From Kofleriaceae bacterium (GTDB taxonomy: Bacteria; Myxococcota_A; Polyangia; Haliangiales; Haliangiaceae): a stretch of 64,000 nucleotides of DNA. Position numbers and translations under genes: made by a program. The stretch covers positions 1 through 64,000 of the forward strand of contig JBKJLC010000202.1 of NCBI GenBank assembly GCA_046597055.1. The letters are read 5' to 3'. Within the stretch, counting starts at the first letter, position 1. Every line of letters starts with the position of its first letter. Shown piece by piece: positions 1 through 10,163 of the stretch. Below the pieces are notes generated by a model. The model was not told where the DNA came from. It searched no databases and saw only the letters and a list, made by a program, of their open reading frames with translations.

Positions 1-1395
1 GCGGCCGCGGTAGGTGGTGACCCACGCCCGCTGGATGGCGTCGAAGCTGTCGCCGCCGACCTGCTGGCGCAGCGCGTAGAGGACGAGCGCGCCGCCGTAG
101 TAGACGTTCGGGTTGAACACGTCGCGCGGATCGCCGCTGCGCGGGGTCCCGACCGCACCGAACCAGGCCCGGTACATGTCGCCGTACTCGTAGACGCTGC
201 GCATCAGGTCGGCGAGCTCGGTCGAGTCGGGCTCGCGATCGTGGGTGAGCTCGTACCAGGTGGCGTGGCCTTCGTTCTGCCACACATCGGACCAGTTGGC
301 CGGAGCGACGCTGTTGCCGAACCACTGGTGCGCGAGCTCGTGCACCATGATCGCCTCGTACCAGTCCTCGTTGAAGAACGCGGCCTCGTACAGCGACAGC
401 GTCTGGGTCTCGAGCGCGAACCCCAGCGACGTGTCGACCACGAGCGACCCGTAGACGTTGAACGGATACTTGCCCACCCGCGCCTGCATCCAGTCGATGT
501 GCGCCAGCTCGGCCGCAAGCTTGGGCTCCAGCCCGGCGACGAGGCGGGTCGGCACGACATCGCGGACCACGATCCCGTCGTGGCGGCCGCGCTCGATGAC
601 GGTCAGGGCACCCACCGCGACCTGCGCGAGCTCGGTGGCCATCGGCTGGAGCTGCAGGTAGCGCGACACGCTGCGCCCCCGGGCGGTGAGCTCGACCAGC
701 TTGAGCCCGCTGGCGACCGCGGTCGTCCCGGCCGGCACGTCGAGCCGGAAGCTGAACGACGCCAGGTCGCGCGGGTGATTGTTGGACGGAAAGATCTGGT
801 GCGCGCCGTCGGGCTGGCCGGCCCACGCGCTGCCGTCGGGCGCCACGAAGAACGGCGCGCCCAGGAACACCGCCGGATCGGGCACCGCCGGCACCGCCGT
901 GAAGTGCTCGACGCGGACGACGAAGTACGCGCCGCGGCGGAGCGGGCGGGCCGGGGTGATCACCAGCTCGTCGCCGTCCCGGCTCCACCGGGCCTGACAG
1001 CCGTCCACGGTGACGTTGCCGACGGCGTCACCGCCAAAGTCGAGGTTGAACGCCGACAGCGCCTGCGTCGCCCGCGCGAGGATCGTCACCGTGCCGTCGA
1101 TGGCCTGGGTCGGCGCCGCGGTCTCGTAGCGGAGATCGAGATCGTAGTGGAGCGCGTCGTAGCCGCCGTTGCCGAGCGTCTCGTACAGGGCGTCGCCGAT
1201 GCCCGCGGCGCCCGGCGTCGGCGGCTCGTGGCGAGCCTCGGCGCCGGTCCCCAGCTCGCGGTCGGTGGACGGCGGGTCGACGCCGTCGTCGGGCTCGGGA
1301 CCCACACACGCGGCGGCGAGGACCATCGCCAGGGCCCCGGCAGGCGTGCCGGACATGCGGGACAAGACTGACCTTCGACGGCTTGTGATTGTCAT
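1..1395 (-). CDS. M1 family zinc aminopeptidase, probable Tat-exported lipoprotein (3' end runs off the window)
   Basis: Manual translation, absent from the ORF track because no stop lies in the window. Starts MTITSRRRSVL...LAAAC. Contains the HELAHQWFGN...W(Q)NEG zinc motif at about 270-345. Confidence 0.9.
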   Translation of the reverse strand, partial: MTITSRRRSVLSRMSGTPAGALAMVLAAACVGPEPDDGVDPPSTDRELGTGAEARHEPPTPGAAGIGDALYETLGNGGYDALHYDLDLRYETAAPTQAIDGTVTILARATQALSAFNLDFGGDAVGNVTVDGCQARWSRDGDELVITPARPLRRGAYFVVRVEHFTAVPAVPDPAVFLGAPFFVAPDGSAWAGQPDGAHQIFPSNNHPRDLASFSFRLDVPAGTTAVASGLKLVELTARGRSVSRYLQLQPMATELAQVAVGALTVIERGRHDGIVVRDVVPTRLVAGLEPKLAAELAHIDWMQARVGKYPFNVYGSLVVDTSLGFALETQTLSLYEAAFFNEDWYEAIMVHELAHQWFGNSVAPANWSDVWQNEGHATWYELTHDREPDSTELADLMRSVYEYGDMYRAWFGAVGTPRSGDPRDVFNPNVYYGGALVLYALRQQVGGDSFDAIQRAWVTTYRGR

Positions 1396-1549
1396 TGCCA
1401 GTCACAGTGCGCGACGGCGGCCGTCGCGCTGTATGGCAATCGCACAATGAATCTACATTGCCGGACCGTGCCCACTGATGTGCTCATTCAGCACGTCAGT
1501 CTATCGCTCGGCGGGCAGCATGCCGCCATACACTCGTGGCGCGCGACGA

Positions 1550-1879
1550 TCAGTCGCCGGTCACCCGCTCCTCGATCATCGTCGCCGTGAGCAGCCGGGC
1601 CCGGCGCTCGGCGAGGCCGCGCGCGTACGCGCCGAACACGGCGTCGGGCGCGGCGGCCAGCGCCACCTCCAGCATCGTGCCGAGCGCCAGGCTCGACCGG
1701 CCGGCGGCGTGCAGCGCCAGCGCCAGGTAGGCGCGCAGGCCGGGCTCGTCGGGACGTTCGATCACCGCGGCAGCGAGCCGGCTGGCGAGCTGGTTGGCCC
1801 GCGCACGGGCTCCGGCCGGGTCGCCCCGGGCGGAGAGGGTGTCGATCGCGACCAGCTCGTCCTCGGGATTCGGCAGCAT
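1550..1879 (-). CDS. Small TPR-like helical protein
   Basis: MLPNPEDEL...GLRAYLALALHAAGRSSLAL resembles TPR helices. TACCCT box lies 5 nt upstream of the ATG. Confidence 0.55.
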   Translation of the reverse strand: MLPNPEDELVAIDTLSARGDPAGARARANQLASRLAAAVIERPDEPGLRAYLALALHAAGRSSLALGTMLEVALAAAPDAVFGAYARGLAERRARLLTATMIEERVTGD

Positions 1880-1980
1880 CGGCAAGGGTATGTAGATGTC
1901 CGGGTTCGGCAAGCCACCACCGCTGCGGTAACACCCGGTGACGTGCGGCGCGGCTGGTGGCGGGGATCCCCCCATCGCCG

Positions 1981-4530
1981 CTACCGGCTGACCCGCTCGA
2001 GCGAGCCGGTCGGGACCCAGCCGGTGCTGCCGTTGGGCAGCCGGACCCGGGCCCAGTCGCTGCGCTGCTCGACGACCGCCAGCTCGATGCCGGCTGGCAG
2101 CGGGTTGGCGCGCTTGGGCGGCGCGCCGGCGCTGTCGGCGACCCGCAGCACCAGCGAGCGCATCAGCACCGCGTCGTCGGGATGGCGGTCCTCGAACAGC
2201 AAGGACACCGTCATCGCGATCCAGACCAGCGCCGGGGCGATCGCCAGCGAGGCCCACGCGCGGCGCCGGCCGCGCCAGGGGACGATGACGAGCACCGCAA
2301 GGGCGAACGCGATCGCGCCCACGATCAGCCGGCGGTCGCGGCTCCACGAGCCGTGGAAGAAGAACAGGGTCTCGGTCGCGCTGCCCGGCGGCGGCCGCAG
2401 GTCGTCGGGCATGCGGCTGCGCAGCCAGGCCAGGTTGAGGCGGGCGCGGCCGTCGGCGGCATCGAGGGCGAGCGCGCGCCGGTAGGCGAGCGCGGCCCCG
2501 CCGAGATCGCCGGCGCCGAGCGCAGCGTTGCCCCAGTCGGTGTACAGCACCGCCGAGCGACCGGCGCGCGCGGCCTGGGCGAACGCGGCGGCGGCGGTCG
2601 CGAAGTTGCGCTGGCGGACCTCGGGGTCGGTCGCGGCCAGCGCGGCCTGGTAGTCGGTGCGGCCGGCGGCGAGCGTGGGGTCGGCCGCGCGCGCGAGCGC
2701 CGGACTGCCCAGGAGGCAGCCGAGCCCGAGCACCAGCGCGACCGCCTTGGGGCCACCGGCGCGCGGCGGCTTGGCCCAGCCGTCGGCGACGTCGGCGACC
2801 TCGTTGCGGAGCTCCGACGACAGCGGATCGGCGCCGGCGCCGGGGGCGAAGCCGGCGTTCTCGATCCGCACGATCAGGTCCTCGTCGAGCGGGCGGCCAA
2901 CCGCCTTGGCCGCGGCGCGCAGGGCGCGCGGCAGCGCGACCGCGGCCTCCTTGGCGGTGGACTTGCGCGCGCGCTCGAGCTCGTCGCGCAGGGCGCGCAG
3001 CGCGGTCTTGACCTCGCCGGCCTCCTCGCGCCGGCCGGCGGTGCGCGCGCGCCACGACCGCAGGCCGAGCAGCACGAGCGGCACCAGGTACAGCGCGGCG
3101 ACCAGCGCCCACAGGACCGAGCGCGGCAGCGCGCCGGCGCCGGCCGCACCGGGCGCCGACAGCGCGAGATCCACGCCGACCAGCGACACCACGCCGGGAT
3201 CGAGCGCGGCCGCGCCGTCGTCAGCGCCGGGATCCTTGCCCCCGCCGACCACCTGCGCGGCGCCGACCACCGCGCCGCCCTTGACCGACAGCGCGATCGG
3301 ATCGCTGTGGATCGTCTGGTACGCGGTGCGGTCGGGATCGAAGTACGAGAACGCGAGCGCGGGGATCTCGCGGGCCTTGTCGCTGACGACCTGGACCGAG
3401 ACCCGGAAGGTCTTGCTCAGGCCGTCGGCGGCGAGCTCGCCGACCGGCGGATCCGCCGGCGCGACGAAGGTGTCGCGCGGCAGCATGCCGGGCCCGTCGA
3501 GCGGCGGCAGCCCGACCGCGTCGAGGCGCTGCGCGCTCTTCACGGTGATCTCGAGCTCGACCGGCTCGCCGAGCTGCACCACCGAGCGACTCGCGCGGAC
3601 CGCGATCGAGAACGACGCGCCGACCGCGCCGCCGAAACTGGCCGGCTTGCCGGTCTCGGGCAGCGGCCGCACCTCGAGCCGGCGCGGCCGGTCCGACGCG
3701 CGGAACAGCTCGGTGCGCGCGGTCGGGAAGCCGAACGAGTCGCGGCCGACCCCGGTCTCGAGCTGCGCGACCACGTTGGCCGGCGCGATGTCGAGCGCGC
3801 CGACCTCGAGCGGGGTGACCAGCACCGGGAAGCGGAAGCGCGTGTACTTGGCACCGCCGCGCGCGATCTCGTCCTGCTGGTAGCCGAGCTGGAGCTCGCC
3901 GGTGCCGGCGGCGAACTTGACGACCTGGCGCGGGTTGGTCGGCGGCAGCACCGAGACCTGCACCTGGTCCATGCCGAGCAGCGGCACGCTGAACTGCTGG
4001 TCCTGGGGGTTCACCCGCAGGAGCCACGCGATCTCGACCGGAATGGTCTCGCCGACATAGACCGGCCGCTCGGGCAGGAGCACCTCGATCGCCATGTCGT
4101 CGGTCATCTTGAGGTCGGCGACCTGCAGCCGGCCGCCTCGCACCACCGCCTGCTTGCCGCCCTGGGTCACCGTCACCGCGGGCAGCGTGTAGGTGCCGCC
4201 CTTGGCGAAGTCGATCCGGTACGAGATGACCCACGCGCCGGTGCCCTGGTCGACCCGACGGCCATTGATGATGACGGTCGGCGCATCGCGACGCTCGATG
4301 CCCGCCGGCGTCGCGGTGCCACCGGGGAGGTTGAGGGTCGGCGCGGTCGGCGCCGGCGCCTCGTCGAAGCCCTCGACCACGATGTCGACGATGAACGGCA
4401 GGCCGGCGTGGGCCGGTCCGCCGCGCAGCTGGTACGCGGCCTGCGGGGCGCTCTGCGCGCGCGCGGGCCCGGCGGTCACCAGCGCGGCGAGCACGAGCAG
4501 TCCTGCGAGGAGACGAGACGGAGGCATCAC
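1981..4530 (-). CDS. batD: BatD family protein fused to a BatE-like TPR+SH3 C-terminus
   Basis: Signal peptide, BatD-type Ig-like repeats (LEVRPLP...FGGAVG; IPALAFSYFDP), a TM helix, TPR (GNAALGAGDLGGAALAYRRALALD) and a terminal SH3b (WARVRLPNGSTGWV). Last gene of the Bat operon. Confidence 0.85.
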   Translation of the reverse strand: MMPPSRLLAGLLVLAALVTAGPARAQSAPQAAYQLRGGPAHAGLPFIVDIVVEGFDEAPAPTAPTLNLPGGTATPAGIERRDAPTVIINGRRVDQGTGAWVISYRIDFAKGGTYTLPAVTVTQGGKQAVVRGGRLQVADLKMTDDMAIEVLLPERPVYVGETIPVEIAWLLRVNPQDQQFSVPLLGMDQVQVSVLPPTNPRQVVKFAAGTGELQLGYQQDEIARGGAKYTRFRFPVLVTPLEVGALDIAPANVVAQLETGVGRDSFGFPTARTELFRASDRPRRLEVRPLPETGKPASFGGAVGASFSIAVRASRSVVQLGEPVELEITVKSAQRLDAVGLPPLDGPGMLPRDTFVAPADPPVGELAADGLSKTFRVSVQVVSDKAREIPALAFSYFDPDRTAYQTIHSDPIALSVKGGAVVGAAQVVGGGKDPGADDGAAALDPGVVSLVGVDLALSAPGAAGAGALPRSVLWALVAALYLVPLVLLGLRSWRARTAGRREEAGEVKTALRALRDELERARKSTAKEAAVALPRALRAAAKAVGRPLDEDLIVRIENAGFAPGAGADPLSSELRNEVADVADGWAKPPRAGGPKAVALVLGLGCLLGSPALARAADPTLAAGRTDYQAALAATDPEVRQRNFATAAAAFAQAARAGRSAVLYTDWGNAALGAGDLGGAALAYRRALALDAADGRARLNLAWLRSRMPDDLRPPPGSATETLFFFHGSWSRDRRLIVGAIAFALAVLVIVPWRGRRRAWASLAIAPALVWIAMTVSLLFEDRHPDDAVLMRSLVLRVADSAGAPPKRANPLPAGIELAVVEQRSDWARVRLPNGSTGWVPTGSLERVSR

Positions 4531-7079
4531 CAGTCCTTGTCGACGGGCTCGGGCGGCTGCGGGCGCTGCCGGCGCTCGCGGTCACGCTGCGCCTCGCGCT
4601 CGCGCACCTGCTGCAGCCGGCGCTGGGCATCCTCCGCGCTCTGGTCCTGCTGCTGCTGCTGCTGTTGCTGCTGGTCCTTCGGATCTTTTTGATCCTCCGG
4701 ATCCTGTGGCGGCGGGGCCTGCTTCTGGTCCTGCGGCTTGTTCTGCTTGGGCGGCTGCAGGAGCCGCAGCGCGTTCTCGAGGTGGTCGATCGCCGACTGC
4801 TGCTGGTCGAGCCCGGGCTGCAGGTCGAAGCTCTGCTTCTGCGAGGTGTCGGTGGCCTTCACGAGGGTCTCGGCTGCATCTTGCATCGAGGTGAGTCCGT
4901 TGCGTACCTCGCCGGCGGCCTCGCGGATCTGCTGGGGGGTGGGCCCACCCGACGGCGCCGGAGCGCCCTGCCCGCCTTGCCCGGCCGGCGCCTGCGCCTG
5001 CGCTGCGGCCGCGGCGTCCGCCTGCTCCGCCAGCGCCTTGGCGATGCCGTCGGCCATCGTCGCGTGCTCGCGCTCGCGGCCGATGATGCCGGGCAACATC
5101 GGCTGACGGCTGAGGTCGTCCTCGGTCTGGGCCTTGGTGGTCTGATCGCGGGTGAGGCCCTGCTGCTCGATCAGCTCCTTGAGGTGCTCGACCACGGAGA
5201 AGAACAGCTTCTGCAGCTCGACCAGCTTGGCTTCGGCGAGCGTCGCCGACTCGAGCGCGGCGGGGCCCTTGCCGCCGGCGGCCACCGTGCGAAGACGCTC
5301 GACCGCAGCCAGCGCCTCGGCGCGCAGCGTCTCCGCCTGCGCGTACAGCTGGCGGGTCTGCTCGAGCGCCGGATCGGCCGGTGCGGCGGCGGGTGGCCCG
5401 GGTGCGGCGGCGGGTGCCCCCGGCGTGGCCGGCGGTGCGCCTGCCGCCTGCGCCGCCTTGGCCAGCGCGTCGGCCTCCGCCTTGGCCAGCGCGTCGGCGA
5501 TCTCGCCCTGCATGCGGACCAGGCGGGCGACGTTCTTGGCGGCGCCCTCGCCGACGATGCGCGCGCGCTCGTCGCTGGTCATGGGCATGGCCGGCGCGGC
5601 CTCGCCCTCGGCCGGCGGCGTCAGGGCGCGGACGATCACCCGCTGCTCGGCGAGCGACACGTCGATCAGCCGGCGCAGATCGAGGAACTGCTCGATCGCC
5701 TGGCCGAGCGCGACCAGCACCCGGCGCTGCGCCGCGATCGCCGCCGCGACCTCGCCGGCCGACAGCGTGTCGTACGCTTGCTTCATGCCGGTCGAGGCCT
5801 CGGCGACGAACGGCATCGCCGTGGCGACCTGCCCGAGCAGCTTCGCCTGCGCCGGATCGGGCGGGGTCGGGTCGGGCTGGGCACCGGGCTGCTTGGCGGC
5901 CTCGGCGCGCGCGGCCTGGGCCGCGAGCGCGGTCGACAGCCGCGACTCAACCTCGCCGAGCCGCGAGCGCAGGCCGATCTGCTGGTTGGCGAGCTTGGGC
6001 GCGGTCATCCAGCCGGGGATCGGCGCCGGGGCCTCGCCGCCGAGCCGGTTCAGCGCGCGCTGGCGCGCCTCGAGCTCGCCGGTGAACCCGGCCAGCTGCA
6101 CCTGTTCCTGCGCAACCGCCTGCATGACCGCCACCGGATCGAGCAGCTGCTCGCGGGCCCGCTTGAGCGCCTCGAGCGCGGCGTCGCTGCGGGTGTGGGC
6201 CAGCTCGCCGCGCAGCTCGTGCAGGTTGCGGCGCGCGTCGGTCATCGCCTTGCGCGCGTCCTGCACGTACAGATCGACGTGCTTCAGCTGCTCGACCCGC
6301 ACCTTCTCCTCGTCGGTGCGCTCGGCCTCGGGCTTGCCCCCGATCGCCGTGATCTCGTCGCCGGCGAGATCGGCGACCACGCCGGCCTCGGCGCCGAGCA
6401 CGCGCTGCCGGGTCGCGGTCGCCTCGAACCCGTCGCGATCGGCCAGCGGATCGGCGCCGGCGGCGCGCGCCTCCTGGCCCATCCACAGCGCGCGCGCCTG
6501 ATCGCGCAGGCCGCGCTCGCCGGCGATGAGCTGCTCGAGCCGCGGCTCGAGGCCCTTTTCGCCCTGGTTGGCCTCGTCGACCAGCGCCAACATGCGCGCG
6601 CGGACCCGCTCCAGGTTGGCCTGGGCGTCGGCGTCCTCGGGCCGCAGCCGGCGCGCGTCGGTGAACCAGCCGAGCGCGTCGCGGTAGCGCTCGATCGCGG
6701 TGTCGACGTTGCGGTCGGGACCGGCGGCGGCGGCCTGGTCGCCCTTCTGCGCGAACGTCAGCGCCAGGTCGTACGCGGCCCGAAACCGCACCTCGTGATC
6801 CCAGCCGGCGTCGTCGCGCGCGGCCAGGAACGCCTTCTCGGCGTCGTCGAGCTTGCCCGCGACCAGCGCCGCGACGCCCTCGTTGTAGCGGATGCGCGCC
6901 TGGCGGGTCTCGCCGCCGCAGCCGGCGACCAGCGCGACCACCATCACGAGCACGCACATGACAATCCCCGGTCGCCCCGAGTCGGCGCCGAGTCGAAGGG
7001 CCACCGGGGAAGATGGGCACTGTCGATCACCTGAGACGTGATCCAGCCAGAGGGTAACCGACGCCGGTCGCGCGGTCAC
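4527..7079 (-). CDS. BatC-like TPR / long coiled-coil protein with Gln-rich tail, probable lipoprotein
   Basis: GTGA coupling to the upstream stop. LVAGC lipobox, TPR (YNEGVAAL...AAYDLAL...DAQANLERVR), poly-Q and a terminal DKDW typical of BatC. Confidence 0.75.
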   Translation of the reverse strand: MTARPASVTLWLDHVSGDRQCPSSPVALRLGADSGRPGIVMCVLVMVVALVAGCGGETRQARIRYNEGVAALVAGKLDDAEKAFLAARDDAGWDHEVRFRAAYDLALTFAQKGDQAAAAGPDRNVDTAIERYRDALGWFTDARRLRPEDADAQANLERVRARMLALVDEANQGEKGLEPRLEQLIAGERGLRDQARALWMGQEARAAGADPLADRDGFEATATRQRVLGAEAGVVADLAGDEITAIGGKPEAERTDEEKVRVEQLKHVDLYVQDARKAMTDARRNLHELRGELAHTRSDAALEALKRAREQLLDPVAVMQAVAQEQVQLAGFTGELEARQRALNRLGGEAPAPIPGWMTAPKLANQQIGLRSRLGEVESRLSTALAAQAARAEAAKQPGAQPDPTPPDPAQAKLLGQVATAMPFVAEASTGMKQAYDTLSAGEVAAAIAAQRRVLVALGQAIEQFLDLRRLIDVSLAEQRVIVRALTPPAEGEAAPAMPMTSDERARIVGEGAAKNVARLVRMQGEIADALAKAEADALAKAAQAAGAPPATPGAPAAAPGPPAAAPADPALEQTRQLYAQAETLRAEALAAVERLRTVAAGGKGPAALESATLAEAKLVELQKLFFSVVEHLKELIEQQGLTRDQTTKAQTEDDLSRQPMLPGIIGREREHATMADGIAKALAEQADAAAAAQAQAPAGQGGQGAPAPSGGPTPQQIREAAGEVRNGLTSMQDAAETLVKATDTSQKQSFDLQPGLDQQQSAIDHLENALRLLQPPKQNKPQDQKQAPPPQDPEDQKDPKDQQQQQQQQQDQSAEDAQRRLQQVREREAQRDRERRQRPQPPEPVDKDW
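4647..4673 (-). repeat. CAG tract encoding 9 Gln
   Basis: Nine Gln codons read directly (CTG repeats with one TTG on the + strand). Confidence 0.85.
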
Positions 7080-8098
7080 GGCCGCCTCCAGGTTCCGGCG
7101 GCGACCGACCCGAGCAGGGCAATCAGCGCGAGCAGCACCATCCATGGATAGGTCTCCGTCGGGATCACGCGGGTCGCCGCGTCGGCCTCCGCGCGCAGGA
7201 TCGGCGTGATGTGCTGCTTCACGATCGACTCCAGGTCGAGCGCCGAGGTCCCGGCCGGCACGTAGGCGCCGCCGGTCTCGACCGCCATCTGCTCGAGGGT
7301 CTTGCCGTCAAGCCGCGAGATCACCGGCTGGCCGTCGTGCATCATCTCGGTCTTGGCGCCGGTCCGGGGGTCGGTGATGACGATCTTGCTGCCGGTCTCG
7401 GAGCCGAGCCCGACCGCGATGATGCGCACCCCGGCCGCCTTGGCGGCCTTGGCCGCCTCGAGCGGGTAGCTCTCGTGATCCTCGCCGTCGGTGATCAGCA
7501 CGATCAGCTTGGCGCCGGGCCCGGTCGGGAACGCCTTCACCGCGGTCTGGATCGCCTCGCCGATGCGGGTGCCGCCGCGCGCGACGCTGCGGGTATCGAC
7601 CCCGCCGAGCACGAGGTTGAAGAAGCCCTGGTCGGGCGTGAGCGGACACAGCATCGCGGCGCGCCCGGCGAACGCGACCAGCCCGACCCGGTGGCCGGGC
7701 AGCCGCCGCACCATCGCCGCGACCTCCGACCGGGCGCGGATCATCCGGTTGGGTCCGACGTCCTCGGCCAGCATGCTCTTCGACACGTCGAGCACGACCA
7801 TCACGTCGGCGGCCGCGCGCGAGCTGACCACGGTCTCGCCGGCGCCGCGCGCCTGCGGCCGCATCAGCGCCGCGACCCCGGCGGCGAGCGCGACCCCGGC
7901 CAGCACCAGCCGCAGCGCGATCCGTCCGGTGCTCGGACGGACCACCAGCCGCCGCTGCATCAAGGGCGACAGGAACCGCGCCAGGGCGTCGCGCCCGATC
8001 CGCTCGAGCACGACCAGGCCGATGACCAGCGCCAGCACCAGCCACAGCAGGTGGACGAGGTCCTGGTGGACCCACTGCCAGTCGGGCAGCACGTTCAC
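7076..8098 (-). CDS. batB: BatB-like vWA domain membrane protein
   Basis: MIDAS motif DVSKS, GLVAFAG, LITDGED, N- and C-terminal TM helices, GTGA coupling. Confidence 0.88.
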   Translation of the reverse strand: MNVLPDWQWVHQDLVHLLWLVLALVIGLVVLERIGRDALARFLSPLMQRRLVVRPSTGRIALRLVLAGVALAAGVAALMRPQARGAGETVVSSRAAADVMVVLDVSKSMLAEDVGPNRMIRARSEVAAMVRRLPGHRVGLVAFAGRAAMLCPLTPDQGFFNLVLGGVDTRSVARGGTRIGEAIQTAVKAFPTGPGAKLIVLITDGEDHESYPLEAAKAAKAAGVRIIAVGLGSETGSKIVITDPRTGAKTEMMHDGQPVISRLDGKTLEQMAVETGGAYVPAGTSALDLESIVKQHITPILRAEADAATRVIPTETYPWMVLLALIALLGSVAAGTWRRP

Positions 8099-9141
8099 GG
8101 CAGCCTCCGGAACAGCGAGGCGCGCAGCACCAGCGCCAGCGCGAACGCGATCAGCCCGGCCGCGACGAACCACTGATAGTAGAGATGGTGCTCGAGGAAC
8201 TTCACCTCGGTGACCTCGGTCTTCTCGAGCTTGTCGATCTCGGCGTAGACGTTGCGGAGCCCGGCCGCGTCGGTGGCGCGGAAGTACTGGCCACCGGCCT
8301 TGGCCGCGATCGCGCGCAGGGTCTCCTCGTCGATCTCGACCCGGGTCGAGACCAGCCGCGGCTCGCCGGTGAACGGATCCAAGGTCTTCACCGGGGCCAT
8401 GCCGTTGGTGCCGGCGCCGATCGTGTAGACCTTCACGCCGGCATCGCGGGCCAGGGTCGCGGCCGCCAGCGGCATCACCTCGCCCTTGTTCGACACGCCA
8501 TCGGTGAGGAGGATCGCGACCTTGCTGCGCTGCCGGGACTCGCGCAGGCGCTCGACCGCCAGCGCCAGCCCGTCGCCGACCGCGGTGCCGTCTTCCTTGG
8601 GGTCGGTGACCAGCTCGAGCGCGCGCATCGCCGCGACCAGGTTGCCGTGATCGAGCGTGAGCGGGCTGCGGGTGTCGGCGTAGCCGGCGAACGAGACGAT
8701 GCCGATCGCGTCGTCGGCGCGGCCGTCGAGGCCGTCACCGCCGAGCACGAACCGCTCGAACACCTTCTGCACCGCGTCGAGCCGGGTCAGCTCCTGGCGC
8801 GGCTCCGACAGGTCGAGCGCCTGCATCGAGCCCGAGATGTCCACGACCATCATGATCGCGATGCCCTCGGCGCGGACCTTGGAGTCGCGATCGCCGGTGC
8901 GGGGCCCGGCCAGCGCGACCGCCAGGCCCAGCACCGCCAGCCCGACCAGCGCGTCGGGCAACCAGGCCAGGCGCGTGCGCCAGGTCGCCGCGTCGGGCAA
9001 CGCCGCCAGCGACGAGAACCTCACGCGGCCGGCGGCCCGCCGCGACCACGCCACCGCGGGGACGATCGCCAGCGCAGCCAGCAGGTACCAGGGGTGGGCC
9101 AGGTCGACCTCGAGCCCGAACCACGACAGCATCGTCTCCAT
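8095..9141 (-). CDS. batA: BatA-like vWA domain membrane protein
   Basis: N-terminal BatA TM region (LAHPWYLL...ALAGPR), DISGS, GTAVGDGL, LLTDG, YFRATD, IDKLEK. Confidence 0.9.
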   Translation of the reverse strand: METMLSWFGLEVDLAHPWYLLAALAIVPAVAWSRRAAGRVRFSSLAALPDAATWRTRLAWLPDALVGLAVLGLAVALAGPRTGDRDSKVRAEGIAIMMVVDISGSMQALDLSEPRQELTRLDAVQKVFERFVLGGDGLDGRADDAIGIVSFAGYADTRSPLTLDHGNLVAAMRALELVTDPKEDGTAVGDGLALAVERLRESRQRSKVAILLTDGVSNKGEVMPLAAATLARDAGVKVYTIGAGTNGMAPVKTLDPFTGEPRLVSTRVEIDEETLRAIAAKAGGQYFRATDAAGLRNVYAEIDKLEKTEVTEVKFLEHHLYYQWFVAAGLIAFALALVLRASLFRRLP

Positions 9142-10163
9142 CAGGCGGCCTCCGCCTCGCGCAGCCGGGTGTCCTCGACGAACGCGCGGGCCGCCTTGAG
9201 CGTGGCCAGCGACTCGTCGGGATCCGGGCGATAGCCCGCGAACTTCACGCGGTCACAGCGCTCGAGGAACGCGGTCAACAGCTCGCGGTGCTCGCCGCCG
9301 AGCCCGCCGGCGCGCCGCGCCTCGTGCATGAACTCCTCGGTGGTGAGCTCGGGGGCGCGCACGCCGAACCGGCCCTCGAGATACCCGCGCACGATCGACG
9401 ACAGCTCGACGAACCAGCCGTCGGCCGCGGCCGGATCGGGCGCGCCCGCGCGCTCGAGCGCCTCGAGCCGCCCCACCGCGTCGGCGTAGGCCGAGACCCG
9501 GGCCCGCCGCACCGACGCCCGCCGCACCGAGCGATAGACGACCACGCCGCCGATCACCACCGCGAGCCCGGCGAGCCCGAGCAGCGCCAGCAGCCACCAG
9601 CGGGTGCCGCCCACCTCGACCGGCAGCACGCCGCGCGCGCCGGCCAGCGGCTCGGTCGCCCGGGCCGGATCGATCGCGGCGATCTCGAGCGCGATCTCCT
9701 CGGTGAGCAGCTCGGTCGGCCCCGCCGGCACCCCGGCATCGCTGGCCGGCGCCGCGGCGCGGCCGTCGGTCACCTCGATCCGCAGCGGCGGGATCCGCTG
9801 CTTGCCGCTGCCCGGCGAGTCGAGCGTGTAGTGCTGGACCTCGACGGTCGCGCCGTCGTCGCGCCGCTTGGTGTCGTGCCCGAAGCTGATGACGTCGAAG
9901 CGCCCGAGCGCCTCGTCCTCGAACGGCGCGACCGCGGTCACGCCGGCCTGCGCCTCGATCGTGAGCCGCAGGTGGATCGCGTCGCCGTGGGTCGGCTTGG
10001 CCGGCCACACGTGCACGGTCGCCTTGACCGGGCCGTTCTCGCTGGTCTCGACGATCGCCTCGGGCGGTGGCTCGTCGGTGCGCACGGGCGCGGCGCGCTT
10101 GCTGCCGCCACAGGCGGCCAGCGCGACCAGGACCACCACCGCGAGGGGCCGGCGCGCGCTCAT
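9141..10163 (-). CDS. Bat-operon associated membrane lipoprotein (Ig-like domain + TM + helical C-terminus)
   Basis: MSARRPLAVVVLVALAAC lipobox. C-terminal LSSIVRGYLEGRFGVRAPELTTEEF...CDRVKFA is typical of the gene between DUF58 and batA. ATGA coupling. Confidence 0.8.
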   Translation of the reverse strand: MSARRPLAVVVLVALAACGGSKRAAPVRTDEPPPEAIVETSENGPVKATVHVWPAKPTHGDAIHLRLTIEAQAGVTAVAPFEDEALGRFDVISFGHDTKRRDDGATVEVQHYTLDSPGSGKQRIPPLRIEVTDGRAAAPASDAGVPAGPTELLTEEIALEIAAIDPARATEPLAGARGVLPVEVGGTRWWLLALLGLAGLAVVIGGVVVYRSVRRASVRRARVSAYADAVGRLEALERAGAPDPAAADGWFVELSSIVRGYLEGRFGVRAPELTTEEFMHEARRAGGLGGEHRELLTAFLERCDRVKFAGYRPDPDESLATLKAARAFVEDTRLREAEAA

